DNA of 64,000 nucleotides from Candidatus Hecatella orcuttiae (lineage in GTDB: Archaea > Thermoproteota > Bathyarchaeia > Hecatellales > Hecatellaceae): assembly GCA_002011035.2 (NCBI GenBank), contig MTLY02000003.1:480001-544000 (forward strand), read 5' to 3'. A program made the position numbers and the translations under genes. This document shows positions 28,446 to 39,165 of this stretch, one piece after another. Below the pieces are notes generated by a model. The model ran no database searches and was not told the origin of the DNA. It saw only the letters and a program-made list of their open reading frames with translations. The first letter of the stretch is position 1. Each line of letters opens with the position of its first letter.

Positions 28446-28601
28446 GCCTCCAGCTCAAGCATAACCAGCTTATTTAGGACGGATAGGTCTAAACCAGCAA
28501 ACAACAGGCTAAAAAAGAAGGATATATCCTACCCTTTACTGGGCAATCAGCTTATTAAGTCTCTTTCTTCACTATCTTTTGAATTTTCTCCAGGTGAAAG
28601 C

Positions 28602-29726
28602 ATGGCTAAGTTTCTGTGCAGCAGAAAACACTTAATCGAAAACCTGTTAAACCTAGTCCGCATACCCAGCCTCTCCGGCTCAGAGGAGGCAATAGCCTCC
28701 GAGGTTTCAAGACAGTTGGAAGCCTTGGGGCTCACCCCCAAAACAGACTCCCACTTCAACGTCCAAGCCGAGATGGGCTCAGGGAAGACCTTGCTGCTCA
28801 ACGCCCACCTGGACACAGTTCCCCCCGGGAAGGGATGGAGCTTCAACCCCTACAAAGGGAAGCTGGTGGGTGGAAGGATCTACGGTTTGGGCGCATCCGA
28901 CAACAAGTCAGGCGCAGCCGCCATGCTAGAGATCGCTCGAGTTCTATCTCGGAAAGACTTGGAAGGGAAAGTTGTTTTCCTCTTCACATCACAGGAAGAG
29001 TCAGGAGATACTCGCGCAAGAAAGGAGGTCATGAAGAGGCTGAAAGCTGATGCAGGCGTATGCCTTGACACCTGCCTTCGGCAGCCCCAGGGAGCCGCGG
29101 AAATCGTGGTAGGGTGCAGAAGCATCCAGAACTTCACCCTCCAAGTCTTGGGTAAGGCCTACCATTCCTCAGAGCCGTCGTTGGGGGTCAACGCCATCTA
29201 CAGGGCGGTGGACTTTATCGAAGCCTTCCAGAAGCTACGGTATCCCTCCATCAAAAAGCCCGCGGAGGCCTCCTCGGTGGCCAGTGTCACCACCATGAAC
29301 ACCGACGGCTGGCCTACTCGAATTCCGGACCTATGTGAGCTCACCGTCAACTACCGAGGCCTACCCGGGGAGGAGATGGAGAAAATACAGGCTAAAATCC
29401 GCCGCCTAGCCGAAAAAACCTTGGAAAAAGACTTCCGTCTAAAGCTCAGACACCGGAGGAAAGGCTACTTGCTCTCCCTCCGAGAACCCATCTACAAGGC
29501 TGCGGAAAAAGCCTTGGCCGAAATGGGCCTTAGAAGCACACCTGTCGTTTCCAAAGGCTGGATTGACGCCGCGGACTTCTACAACAGGGCCGCAGTCCCC
29601 ATCATAGGCTTAGGCACCACCACCCACGGACAAGCCCACGTGAAGGATGAATATGAAGAAGTAGAAAACCTCCACCAAGGCGCTGAGGCAGTCCTGAGGA
29701 CGGTTCTAACCTACTTTAAAACCTGA
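28602..29726 (+). CDS. M20 metallopeptidase/deacylase (ArgE/DapE family)
   Basis: NAHLDTV, YGLGASDNK, EES, G.A.HSS.P..GVNAI, AH..DE. Confidence 0.88.
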   Translation: MAKFLCSRKHLIENLLNLVRIPSLSGSEEAIASEVSRQLEALGLTPKTDSHFNVQAEMGSGKTLLLNAHLDTVPPGKGWSFNPYKGKLVGGRIYGLGASDNKSGAAAMLEIARVLSRKDLEGKVVFLFTSQEESGDTRARKEVMKRLKADAGVCLDTCLRQPQGAAEIVVGCRSIQNFTLQVLGKAYHSSEPSLGVNAIYRAVDFIEAFQKLRYPSIKKPAEASSVASVTTMNTDGWPTRIPDLCELTVNYRGLPGEEMEKIQAKIRRLAEKTLEKDFRLKLRHRRKGYLLSLREPIYKAAEKALAEMGLRSTPVVSKGWIDAADFYNRAAVPIIGLGTTTHGQAHVKDEYEEVENLHQGAEAVLRTVLTYFKT

Positions 29727-30252
29727 CACCCCTTCCACGGAAAAAGCCCTCGAGGCGGAGGGCTGCAAGCCCTGAAAGCCACCCTAAAAAGGCTCCAGCC
29801 ACCACGTCAGTGGGCCAGTGGTAGCCTAGATACACCCGGCTGAAGCCGGCGATGAAGGCGGCAGACCATAGGAGAATCTTCCCCCGGAGAAATCTTCTGC
29901 CAAGGACGGTGGCGGCTGAGAAAGCCCTGGCTGTGTGGCCGCTGGGGAAGCTGGAGGCAGCCTCCCCCACCAACTCTCCGGAGGCGGTGGCGCTTGGGGC
30001 GAAAGGCCTCGGCCGGAAGAAGGCCAGCTTGAAGGCGGCTACCGTGGCGATGGAGATGGCTAGGCCTAGAGCTAGGAGGTAGGCTTCCCTTCTCCTCCCG
30101 GCGGCGAAAAGAGCGGTGGCCACCGAAGCCCAGAGGATGATGGAGCCCAGAATGGTCAGCTCCCTAAATATCTCGTAGGCCAGAGGGGAGGACAGGTAAA
30201 GGCTGATAGCCAGAAAAACCCAGCGGTCAACGGAAGAAACAACACCGGCCAG
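29716..30252 (-). CDS. PAP2-family phosphatase
   Basis: K....RPRP, SFPSGH, SRVYLGYHWPTDV; frame stays open upstream to a CTG at 30252 preceded by GGAGG (ORF track start 30123). Confidence 0.85.
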   Translation of the reverse strand: MAGVVSSVDRWVFLAISLYLSSPLAYEIFRELTILGSIILWASVATALFAAGRRREAYLLALGLAISIATVAAFKLAFFRPRPFAPSATASGELVGEAASSFPSGHTARAFSAATVLGRRFLRGKILLWSAAFIAGFSRVYLGYHWPTDVVAGAFLGWLSGLAALRLEGFFRGRGVRF

Positions 30253-30361
30253 CGGAAGCGCCTCCTGAAGGTTGGAATAGTTTAAGGGCCTTAAAGTCCT
30301 TAAAGCTATAAGCTATAATAAAACTTCCAGCCGCCTCGGTGGAAAAGGAGTTGAACCTGAA

Positions 30362-31327
30362 TTGCGCCGGAAACCCGGAAGCCTGACGGTTCTGGCCGGT
30401 GGAACAGGCTCAGCTAAGCTGATCCGAGGCTTGGCGGAGGTCATTCCCCAAGAAAACCTCACCGTCATAGTCAACGTGGGAGACAACATCCGCCTCTACG
30501 GCCTCATCGTCTGCCCAGACCTCGACACGGTGATGTACAACCTGGCAGGTGTCGCCGACGAGAAGAGAGGCTGGGGCATCGCCGGGGACAGCTTCAACGC
30601 CCAAAAAATGCTAGCCTGTTACGGTTTGGAGACATGGTTCAACTTGGGAGACAGAGACCTAGCCACCCACATTCACCGCACAGCCCTCTTAGCCGGAGGC
30701 CTGAAGCTTTCTGAGGCCACTCGGCTTCTGGCCGAGGCCTTAGGGGTTAAAGCCCGCATTCTCCCCGCCTCCGACGACTGGATTGAGACCGTGGTCCACA
30801 CCTCAGAAGGATGGATGCATTTTCAGGAATTCTGGGTTAAGCGGAAGGCGGAGCCCAAAGTTTTGAAGGTGGAATACCAAGGCGTGGAGGACTCTAAGCC
30901 AGCGGATGGGGTGGTGGAAGCTATCTCGGAGGCGGAAGCCGTCATCCTCAGCCCGGCTAACCCCATCACCAGCATCCAACCCATCTTGGATATTCCCGGC
31001 GTCAGAAAAGCCTTAGGGGAGACAGAAGCCTCGGTCCTAGCTGTGTCGCCCATCGTGGGGGGAAGCCCTGTCAGCGGCCCCGCTGGGAGGCTGATGGCCG
31101 GGTTAGGTCTTAAGGTTTCCGCCTATACGGTGGCTGAACGGTATAGGGACTTCTTAGATGTCTTCCTCATCGACCGCCGGGATGAGGCGTTGAAGAACGC
31201 CATAGAAAGCTTGAAGATAAAATGCATCCCCACCGACATCATCATGGCCAGCCGGCGGGATGAGAGGACGCTGGCTGAATTCATCATAAAAACCCTGCGC
31301 GCAGAAGGCGCCTCTACATCTGCTTAA
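30362..31327 (+). CDS. cofD: 2-phospho-L-lactate transferase (F420 biosynthesis)
   Basis: [14 protein letters not shown]...[32 protein letters not shown]. Confidence 0.95.
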   Translation: MRRKPGSLTVLAGGTGSAKLIRGLAEVIPQENLTVIVNVGDNIRLYGLIVCPDLDTVMYNLAGVADEKRGWGIAGDSFNAQKMLACYGLETWFNLGDRDLATHIHRTALLAGGLKLSEATRLLAEALGVKARILPASDDWIETVVHTSEGWMHFQEFWVKRKAEPKVLKVEYQGVEDSKPADGVVEAISEAEAVILSPANPITSIQPILDIPGVRKALGETEASVLAVSPIVGGSPVSGPAGRLMAGLGLKVSAYTVAERYRDFLDVFLIDRRDEALKNAIESLKIKCIPTDIIMASRRDERTLAEFIIKTLRAEGASTSA

Positions 31328-32202
31328 CGCTTGGCCTTGGCCAAAACCAAGTCCGCTATCTCCCCGGCAATGTCCACCCCGCTGGAAGTCTGCAGCCCCC
31401 GGAAGCCGGGTTGACTGTTAACTTCGTGGACGACCAGGCCTTCATTTTCTTTCTCCATGAGGTCCACTCCCGCTACTTCGCAGCCCACAGCCTTAGCTGC
31501 CCTCACAGCCAAGTCTTCCACTTCCCCCTCAGGCTTGAAGGGAACCGGCTGCCCTCCGCGGCTGACGTTGGTCTTCCATTCCGAGGAAACCCGGTACATG
31601 GCTGCGGGAACCCTGTCCCCCACCACCAGGCAACGGATGTCCCGGCTGCCGTGCTCCACGAACTCCTGCTGGTAGAGGACGAAGTGGTTGTAGGCCAGAT
31701 GCCTGAAGATTCTCCCCGCCACCTCCCCATCGGATGTTCTGGTGATCCCCAGCCCCCTGGAGCCGAAGATGGGCTTCACAACCACCTGGCTGCCCAGTTG
31801 GGGGAAAGTCTTGAAGGCTTCCCGGGGGCTCTCGGTCACCACCGTTCGAGGAACTCGAAGCCCTGCGTCTTCCAGCAGGGTTAGGGTGTAATACTTGTCC
31901 GCCGCCCTTTCGATGGCGAGGGCGGGGTTGACGACGGGGACCCCCAGCCTCTCCAGCCTGTGAAGCATGTCCACCCTGAAGATGACCTCATCCAAGGACC
32001 CAGGCCCTATGGGCCTGACCAGCAAGGCTCCCAGCTGTGAAAGGTCGCAGCCTCCGGCTTCTAAGAAGGGTTTAAACCCAACCCTCGCCACCACCTCGGA
32101 GAGGTTGAAGGCCAAGGTTTCCACATTCCTAGCTTGGAAGGCTTCCAGTATTTTACGGGAGCACCATGATTCCCTGTTCTTGGTCGCGACGCCTATGCGC
32201 AT
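31324..32202 (-). CDS. RimK-family alpha-L-glutamate ligase (CofF/MptN-like)
   Basis: DK, VVKPIFGSRG.G, QEFV, DIR, WKTNVSRGG, GVD, EVNSQPG. Confidence 0.88.
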   Translation of the reverse strand: MRIGVATKNRESWCSRKILEAFQARNVETLAFNLSEVVARVGFKPFLEAGGCDLSQLGALLVRPIGPGSLDEVIFRVDMLHRLERLGVPVVNPALAIERAADKYYTLTLLEDAGLRVPRTVVTESPREAFKTFPQLGSQVVVKPIFGSRGLGITRTSDGEVAGRIFRHLAYNHFVLYQQEFVEHGSRDIRCLVVGDRVPAAMYRVSSEWKTNVSRGGQPVPFKPEGEVEDLAVRAAKAVGCEVAGVDLMEKENEGLVVHEVNSQPGFRGLQTSSGVDIAGEIADLVLAKAKR

Positions 32203-32229
32203 GAGGTTTACCTCTCCCAGATTTTTAGT

Positions 32230-32892
32230 TTAACCCAGACTTAAGGATATACCGCTCTTACCTCGCTGGGCTAAGAAGCGGTGGGTCTGCGTGCTGCCGG
32301 CTGTTTGGAGAAAGAAGCCCAAATCCTGAGGCTCATCCAAGTCCAACATGATGCGCCATGAAAGGTAGACCCCCACCTTGATTCCTTTCCCCAAAGCCTC
32401 TCGGAGATGAGCGCGGAAGCTGTCATGCTCGTAGAAGGTTGGTATGATGCCGGGGGGATTCAGTAAAAGGGCGTTGGTGCCGTCCAGCCGAAGGGACGGT
32501 GAAAGAACAACCGACGGCTGTCTTATCCCCATGTTCACGATTCTTTCCAAGTCCTCAGAAGATAGGAGGGGAATGTCCGAAGGCAAGATCAGCATGGCTG
32601 AGGTTCCCCCCTCCGAGCAGAACTTCCGCGCCTTGGAAACAGCTCGGTTGACACCGCCCTCCGCCCTCTCTTTCAGAACAGCGGCGCCCAGTCTCCGGGA
32701 AAATTTCAAGATTTTTTCGTCAGGGCTGACTACGAGAACCTTCTGGATGGTTGGGGTCCCTTCCGCAGCCTCCACCACGTCAGCCAGCATGTGCAGGCTC
32801 AACTGTCTTCGCTCCTCCGAGCTAAGCGTAGGGCTAAGCCTGCTTTTGATGTTGGCCATTTTCTTAACAGGGATTACGGCGACGACCTTCAG
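32230..32892 (-). CDS. cofC: 2-phospho-L-lactate/PEP guanylyltransferase
   Basis: AVIPVK...KSRLSP.LS..ER, DIPL, DGTNAL, SFRAH, DLDEP.D; N-terminus requires a CTG start at 32892. Confidence 0.9.
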   Translation of the reverse strand: MKVVAVIPVKKMANIKSRLSPTLSSEERRQLSLHMLADVVEAAEGTPTIQKVLVVSPDEKILKFSRRLGAAVLKERAEGGVNRAVSKARKFCSEGGTSAMLILPSDIPLLSSEDLERIVNMGIRQPSVVLSPSLRLDGTNALLLNPPGIIPTFYEHDSFRAHLREALGKGIKVGVYLSWRIMLDLDEPQDLGFFLQTAGSTQTHRFLAQRGKSGISLSLG

Positions 32893-34415
32893 TTGCTCCC
32901 GCCTCTGTCTTCTTCCGCTTTTCCAAAGGCCCGGCTGTATACTCTCTGGAAGACTTCCGCCAAATACGACTTAACCGTTTCCCCCTTCTCTCGGGCCAGA
33001 AGCTTCAGAATCCTCTGGCTGCCTGAACCATACTGCACAGCTTTCTTGGGCATCTTAACGATGAAGGACGGCGCTCCCATCTTCTCAGCCACCCTTCGGA
33101 GAACCTGCTTCCTCAGCCTGTCCTCTCCACTGGAAACCTTCAATCGGGGGTGAATCCTCCCAGCTTCCCCGACCACCCGCAGGTCCGCCGCGGGAAAATG
33201 GATTCTTACACCTCCCGCCGCGGTTGCCATGTTATCCCGCTCTAGGCTTCCGGCCAAGCCTTGAACATCCTGCCACAAAGCCTTCTCCAACCCTTCAAAT
33301 CCCTTCTCCTGAAGAATTTTCAGGTACCGGTGGTATCCTCCGAAGAGTTCGTCGCAGCCTTGACCTGAAAAGACGTTTTTCAATTCCTCCTCCTCTGCAG
33401 CTTGAGATGAGAAATAGAGGGGAAGAGTCACTGCCACATCCATCGGCCCGCAGCGTTCGATGGAGTAGACCAGTCTCTCCAGCTGGGCTTCAACATCCTT
33501 CCGGTCGAAGGGTGTAATCTTGAGCTTCAGACCCAGTCTCCCCGCGGCCTCCTCTGCGCTTTCCACGTCTCTGCTTCCCTCCAAGCCTGAGACGAGGAGG
33601 GTGACCTCCAACCCCAGCCTCCTCAGGGCTAGGGCGATGAGGGAGCTGTCCAAGCCTCCGGAGTAAAACACCCCCACCTTCCTTAAGCCTTCAGCCCTCA
33701 GCCTGCAGGCTTCGAGAAGCCGACGGTGAACCCTCTCCGCTGCTTCCTCCATCTCCGTCACCTCCGCTCTCTTTTCCGGAAGCTTGCAGGCTTCGAATAC
33801 TCTTAACCCCGAGGAGGAGGCTTCGCCTACAAAGCCGGAGGGAAGGGCCTTGGTTTCCCCTATTCCAACTTTCCAAAGGGCTTTTCCCTCAGAGGCGAAG
33901 CCTACCAGATGCCGGTTGACTCCGAAGTAAAGGGGCTCCGCCCCCACGGGGTCTCTGCCGAAGGCTATCCTCCCCTCCGAGGCCACGGCTAGGATGTAGC
34001 TACCGTAAAGTCGCCTCATCACCCTCCCCAAAGCTTCTCCCAAGCTGCCATCCCATCCCCTCTGAAAGGCTTCCGAAACCTCGCTCCATGAATGCCCCTT
34101 TGGGGAAGGTGGAGGGGGGAACCCTTCGACGGCGAAGAGGCTGCCAGCCCCAGCCAGAAGAAGCCTCCTACCCGGCTTGGAGAAGCGAGGCTCTAAGCCG
34201 TCTACACCGTCGGTTTCCATGAGGTTTCCGCCTATCGCCCAAGAGGTTTCATGGGCTTCGACGCCGTCCAGCCGTTTCGAAAGGTGGATCACTCTCCCCC
34301 CAAAGGACAGCCAAACTCGGCTGGGTCCTCGGTGGGCCAAGGTTTTCAGCATCTCCACTATTAGGCTGTAAACATTTTCACCCTTCAAGCTTAAGAGACC
34401 TACCAAAGACCCCAA
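32889..34415 (-). CDS. Asparagine synthetase B-like amidotransferase
   Basis: HRGP, RDPVG..PLY, SGGLDSS, SGQGCDELFGGY, K.A.QYGSG; lacks the N-terminal Cys. Confidence 0.85.
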   Translation of the reverse strand: MGSLVGLLSLKGENVYSLIVEMLKTLAHRGPSRVWLSFGGRVIHLSKRLDGVEAHETSWAIGGNLMETDGVDGLEPRFSKPGRRLLLAGAGSLFAVEGFPPPPSPKGHSWSEVSEAFQRGWDGSLGEALGRVMRRLYGSYILAVASEGRIAFGRDPVGAEPLYFGVNRHLVGFASEGKALWKVGIGETKALPSGFVGEASSSGLRVFEACKLPEKRAEVTEMEEAAERVHRRLLEACRLRAEGLRKVGVFYSGGLDSSLIALALRRLGLEVTLLVSGLEGSRDVESAEEAAGRLGLKLKITPFDRKDVEAQLERLVYSIERCGPMDVAVTLPLYFSSQAAEEEELKNVFSGQGCDELFGGYHRYLKILQEKGFEGLEKALWQDVQGLAGSLERDNMATAAGGVRIHFPAADLRVVGEAGRIHPRLKVSSGEDRLRKQVLRRVAEKMGAPSFIVKMPKKAVQYGSGSQRILKLLAREKGETVKSYLAEVFQRVYSRAFGKAEEDRGGSN

Positions 34416-34502
34416 GGGACGGCCTCCCAGCGTCTTTCTGGAGTTGAAGCTTTAAATCTCTACCTAAAATATTGGTATAAAGCCCGCAGGCGGTGTCCCC
34501 GA

Positions 34503-35432
34503 TTGCCCTTGGAGAAGACACGGTACATCTGGATGAACGGGAAGCTGGTCCCCTGGGATGAAGCCAAAATCCACATCCTCACCCACGCCCTCCACTACGG
34601 CAGCGGCGTTTTCGAAGGGGTGAGATGCTACCTTACACCTCAAGGCCCGGCGGTCTTCCGGCTGGAGGAGCATCTGCAGCGGCTTTTCAACTCAGCGGAA
34701 ACCTACCACATGAAGATACCCTACACCCTCCAGGAGCTGGCCGGGGCGGTGAAGGAGCTGATAAAAGCCAACGGCCTCCGGGAATGCTACATCAGGCCCA
34801 TAGCCTACCGAGGATACGGGGAAATGGGCCTAAGCCCCCTGACCAGCCCCGTGGAAGTAGCCATAGCCGCCTGGCCATGGGGAGTCTACCTTGGCGAGGA
34901 AGGCTTGAAAAACGGAGTTAGAGCCACCGTTTCCTCCTACAGGAGAATCGCCTCCGACGCCCTCCCCTTGAAAGCTAAGGCCACAGGCCAATATCTGAAC
35001 TCTATCCTAGCGAAGGTGGAGGCCCTGAACCGAGGCTACCATGAAGCCATCATGCTGGACTCCCGGGGCTTCGTCGCCGAAGGCCCAGGTGAGAACATTT
35101 TCATCGTCAAGCACGGCCGCCTGCAGACTCCTCCCGAGGAGGCAGGCATCCTCCTCGGCATAACCCGGGACAGCGTGATGAGGATAGCGGAAAACCTCCA
35201 CTACACAGTGGAGGAGAAGGACATCACCCAGCAGATGCTGCGGGAGGCGGATGAGGCCTTCTTCACAGGAACCGCCGCGGAGGTTACTCCCATCAGGGAG
35301 GTGGACAGGCAGCCCATAGGAACAGGGAAACCCGGCCCCATCACCGTGAGGCTTCAGAGGGAATTCAAGGAAATCGTCCAAGGGAAAAACCCTGAGTACC
35401 GCTGTTGGCTGAGCTTCGTAGAAGAAACCTAA
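34503..35432 (+). CDS. ilvE: Branched-chain amino acid aminotransferase
   Basis: HALHYGSGVFEG, YIRP, AKATGQY, EGPGEN, LLGITR, TGTAAEV. Confidence 0.95.
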   Translation: MPLEKTRYIWMNGKLVPWDEAKIHILTHALHYGSGVFEGVRCYLTPQGPAVFRLEEHLQRLFNSAETYHMKIPYTLQELAGAVKELIKANGLRECYIRPIAYRGYGEMGLSPLTSPVEVAIAAWPWGVYLGEEGLKNGVRATVSSYRRIASDALPLKAKATGQYLNSILAKVEALNRGYHEAIMLDSRGFVAEGPGENIFIVKHGRLQTPPEEAGILLGITRDSVMRIAENLHYTVEEKDITQQMLREADEAFFTGTAAEVTPIREVDRQPIGTGKPGPITVRLQREFKEIVQGKNPEYRCWLSFVEET

Positions 35433-35462
35433 ACCCATAAAGCTTGCGTAGAGCCGAAAAGG

Positions 35463-37298
35463 CTAATAGACCGGTCTCACACTCAGCCTTTTCGGCACTG
35501 GTAAGGGCCGCCAAGGGTAGCCCTTTACCTTCTCCTTAATTTCAGCCGCCAGCTCTTCTAGGCTCATTTTCTTCAGCGGCTTTTCTCCCCTGGCTCTGAC
35601 GCTGAAGATCCTGCTTGCAGCCTCTTCTTCCCCCACCACCAGCGTGTAGGGAACCCACGCCGTTTCAGCTTTCCTCACCTTCCTAGGCAAGGTTTCATCT
35701 CCATCGTCCAAATCCGCTCTGATGTTTTCTCTCTCCAGCCACTCCACAACCTCCATGGAGAGGTCGAGGTACGTTCTAGACACTGGTATGACCCTCACCT
35801 GGGTTGGAGACAACCACAAGGGCAGCTGCGGAGGCTTCCCCGCGGTCTGAGCCTTGACGGCGGAGTCGAAGACGGCGTAAAGGTATCTTTCCACACTGCC
35901 GAGAAGTGCGGAGTGAATGATGACGGGGTAAACCTTCGCCCCCTCCTCGTTTACGTAGGTTATTCCGAATCTCTGAGCGTTCCCCACGTCAATCTGGAAG
36001 GTGGCGATCTCCCGGGGCCTTCCCAGCTCGTCTATTATATTGTATTCCACGTTCAGAACCCAGTAGTATTTTCCGGGGACAAAACAGAGGAGTACGGGTT
36101 TTCCTTCCACGGACAGCAGTTCTCTGAAAAAATCTCTGTTTCCCTCAAAAAACTCCTCCGTTACATTATATAATGATACGTAATCCAGCCCCAGCTTCTC
36201 CACCTCTTCGTAGATTCTACGGTGAATCTTCAAGGCGTATTCTTGAGCCTCTCTCATATCCCGGCAGAAGACATGGAGGTCCGGCATGTGGAGTTTCCTA
36301 AGCCTAAAACAGAGGAGCAGTTCCCCCTCCTGCTCCAGCCTGTAGCTGTCCGCCAGCTCATAGGCGCCCATGGGCAGGTCCTTGTAGCTGATGGTCCAGT
36401 TGCGGATCATGGCAAACTGCTGATGGCAGGCAGCATACCTCAACAAGAGGTCTCTTCCCCCGGACTTCAGCTGGTAGAGCCTCCCACCGAAGAGCTGAGC
36501 GTGCTCCCTCACCGGGGGCACCGAAAGGTCGAACATGTTGGTGCCCCTTACCTTATAGACGGGGATGCCTAGGGAGCATGAAACCCGGTCCGCGTAGTCG
36601 GAGACCATCTCGAAGAGAAAAGTAGCCTCAGGGCCGAAGCGCATGTGGCCTAGGTCAGAGAAGGACTCCCAGTCCAGCCCAAATTTTTTGCAGTAGCTCA
36701 GATAGCGGGGTTCACCTCCTCCGGCAAGCTCCTTTTTCAACGCCTCCTTCTCCACCAAGGCCTTGAAGTTTTCCTCTCCGGGCTTGAAGCCGTAGTCTTC
36801 TGGGGCGTAGAGTTCCATGCTGGGTGTCAGCACTTTGTAAATGTACTCAGCCTCAGGCCTTTCCTCCTCAGCTTCTTCGGGCGAGATGGTCCTTGAAAGC
36901 TCGGAGAGGGGATGGCCTTTGCATTTCAATTCAAAGCTTTTGTACCATCCGAAGGGAGCTCGTTTTACCGGGTAGCCGGCTTCCTGCAGCTTGGACTCCA
37001 GCCTTCTCAGAAGCTCAGCAGCGGCCTTCGGTGAAGCTAGGTCTTGGGCCAGATGGGCATAAGGGTAAACCACAACTAGGTTTACCTTCAGCCTTCGAGC
37101 CTGTTCTCGGATGGATTCAGCTGTCTTATCTACAACTTGCTCAGGATTTTTTTCGTCTCCCTTCTCCACCGAGCAGAAAGCTATCAGCGCCTCCCCCACG
37201 GAGAGAGCCTCTCGGCCTTCCGCCTTTTCAGGCTCTTTAAGAGCCTTGCCTCTCACTTCATACTGGAAACGGTCCGCGTGGATGAGCAGAACTCTCAC
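35463..37298 (-). CDS. thrS: Threonine--tRNA ligase (archaeal type with editing domain)
   Basis: YPYAHL, RAPFGWYK, CKGHPLSELSR, RYAAC, MPDLH, HS...GSVER, WLSPTQVR. Confidence 0.97.
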   Translation of the reverse strand: MRVLLIHADRFQYEVRGKALKEPEKAEGREALSVGEALIAFCSVEKGDEKNPEQVVDKTAESIREQARRLKVNLVVVYPYAHLAQDLASPKAAAELLRRLESKLQEAGYPVKRAPFGWYKSFELKCKGHPLSELSRTISPEEAEEERPEAEYIYKVLTPSMELYAPEDYGFKPGEENFKALVEKEALKKELAGGGEPRYLSYCKKFGLDWESFSDLGHMRFGPEATFLFEMVSDYADRVSCSLGIPVYKVRGTNMFDLSVPPVREHAQLFGGRLYQLKSGGRDLLLRYAACHQQFAMIRNWTISYKDLPMGAYELADSYRLEQEGELLLCFRLRKLHMPDLHVFCRDMREAQEYALKIHRRIYEEVEKLGLDYVSLYNVTEEFFEGNRDFFRELLSVEGKPVLLCFVPGKYYWVLNVEYNIIDELGRPREIATFQIDVGNAQRFGITYVNEEGAKVYPVIIHSALLGSVERYLYAVFDSAVKAQTAGKPPQLPLWLSPTQVRVIPVSRTYLDLSMEVVEWLERENIRADLDDGDETLPRKVRKAETAWVPYTLVVGEEEAASRIFSVRARGEKPLKKMSLEELAAEIKEKVKGYPWRPLPVPKRLSVRPVY

Positions 37299-37420
37299 AG
37301 CTTTGACGCTCCTCAGGCAGACGCCTTCAAGGTTTTCTCGGAGTTTAAAACAACACTCCAGTCTCTGATTCTCAGAGAACGGCCCCTATATAGGATTTGT
37401 GGTAGGATAGCCCTCCAGCC

Positions 37421-37636
37421 CTATGCTTTATACCTCCATCTTTCTATTCTTTTATTCTCCCTTCTCCTTTTCTTCAGCTCCTTGTAGTGGTCCCTGCAAA
37501 GGTACGCCCTCCTAGTCTCCCGGGTGCTCAAACCTGCAGCTTGAACCTCTGCCTGAGAAACAGACCTGACAGCCTGATTTCCACACCCCGGCACACTGCA
37601 CTTAACACCTGAAGCTGTCTTTCCCACTTCCTTCAT
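37421..37636 (-). CDS. Small Zn-finger hypothetical protein
   Basis: CSVPGC...LCRDHYK motif, basic tail; start likely ATG 37636 or GTG 37627 rather than 37681. Confidence 0.7.
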   Translation of the reverse strand: MKEVGKTASGVKCSVPGCGNQAVRSVSQAEVQAAGLSTRETRRAYLCRDHYKELKKRRRENKRIERWRYKA

Positions 37637-37736
37637 CTCCGAAGATTCTATGTCATCACGGCAGGGGTTTATATTTTTCACGGGAAACGCCAGATAAGCG
37701 CCTTCCCGAAGAATCGAAGGGAGTCCTCCCAGTTCT

Positions 37737-39083
37737 TTAAGATTGGAGGTTCCTAAACATTCTTTTTTGAAACATCTTGAGAGGCCCGTATCTCCTTCTC
37801 AAGGTCTTGGCCATTTTCCTCATCAGCTCAAACTGCTGAACCAGCTCCTTAACCTCTTTTTCACTCCTCCCAGACCCCCGAGCCACCCGCCTAATCCTAG
37901 AGGCGCTGAGGATTCTCGGATTCTCTCTCTCCTCGGGGGTCATGGACTGGATTGCAGCCTTCCATGCTTTCATCTTCTCTTCGCTGAGTTCAGCCATGGA
38001 GTCTGTTATCTCCAAGCCTAAACCCGGCAGCATTTTGAGGAGTTTCCCCAAAGGCCCCAGCTTCCTAAGGCTTTCAATCTGCCCGTAGATCTCCGTCAGG
38101 GTGAACTTCCCCGATAGAAAAGCCTTGGCCTTTTCATCCGGAATGGCTATCTGGGCTTCCTTAACCTTCTCGAGGAGGCCTCGGATGTCTCCCATCCCCA
38201 GAAGGCGGCCCACAAACCTAGCTGGCTCAAAGAGTTCGATGTCCTCCGTTTTCTCCCCTGTGCCCAAGAAGACTATGGGGGCGCCGGTAGCCGCTACGGC
38301 TGAAAGGGCGCCTCCTCCTCGCGCGGAACCGTCCAGTTTGACCACCATGATGGAGCCTACCTTTGTGGCCTCATGAAAGGCTTGAGCCTGAACCCTCGCC
38401 TGTTGGCCTATGGTTCCGTCGATGACCAACATGATCTGGTCAGGTTTTACGGCTTCAGCTATGCTCTTCATCTCCTCGATGAGGCTTTTCTCATCCTTAT
38501 GTCTCCCAGCCGTATCCACGAGAATAGCCTCGTAGCCTTCCCGGCGGAAATTTTCCACTCCCCGGAGGGCGATGCTGACAGGGTCTCTTCCATCCTCCTC
38601 TCCGTAGACGGGAATACCGGCGGCAGCGGCCAGCTGCTTAAGCTGAGCTAAAGCCCCCGGCCTGTAGGTGTCAGCGCAGACGAGGGCGGACTTTATTCCT
38701 CTCTTCTTCAGGAAACGGGCGATTTTGACGGCGCTGGTAGTCTTGCCGGAGCCTTGGATTCCCACCAGCATGAGCACGTTGGTTTTTCCCGCTTCTACTG
38801 GAATGCGAGAAGGTTTCTCCCCCAGAAACCGGGTTAGCTCATCGTAGAGCACCTTGACCACATGTTCCTTTCTGGAAATTCCTGGAGGGAGCTCCTCTTG
38901 GAGGGCGCGGTCTTCAATCCGGCGGGATATTTCGAAAACCAGTTCCACGTTCACATCGGACTGGAGGAGGGCTCTCTGAAGGTCTCGAACCAGCTCCTTA
39001 ACCGCCTTCTCATCCACTATGGAAAGTCTGAGAAGCTTCTTCACAGAATCTTGCAGAGTAGCGCTCAGCCGCTCTAAGACCAT
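37737..39083 (-). CDS. srp54: Signal recognition particle protein SRP54
   Basis: [24 protein letters not shown] domain [21 protein letters not shown]. Confidence 0.97.
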   Translation of the reverse strand: MVLERLSATLQDSVKKLLRLSIVDEKAVKELVRDLQRALLQSDVNVELVFEISRRIEDRALQEELPPGISRKEHVVKVLYDELTRFLGEKPSRIPVEAGKTNVLMLVGIQGSGKTTSAVKIARFLKKRGIKSALVCADTYRPGALAQLKQLAAAAGIPVYGEEDGRDPVSIALRGVENFRREGYEAILVDTAGRHKDEKSLIEEMKSIAEAVKPDQIMLVIDGTIGQQARVQAQAFHEATKVGSIMVVKLDGSARGGGALSAVAATGAPIVFLGTGEKTEDIELFEPARFVGRLLGMGDIRGLLEKVKEAQIAIPDEKAKAFLSGKFTLTEIYGQIESLRKLGPLGKLLKMLPGLGLEITDSMAELSEEKMKAWKAAIQSMTPEERENPRILSASRIRRVARGSGRSEKEVKELVQQFELMRKMAKTLRRRYGPLKMFQKRMFRNLQS

Positions 39084-39165
39084 AGCTCAGCTCAACCAGC
39101 ACCGTAGAGAAGGATGCGTCTAAGATGAAATTGAGCATTCTTCTGTATTATTCTTTCCCTCCTAC

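Noticed and set aside
28602-32202. M20 peptidase plus RimK ligase as a LysW-type pathway
   Set aside because: No LysW (EDWGE) carrier or LysY/Z/J genes; the RimK gene sits with cof genes
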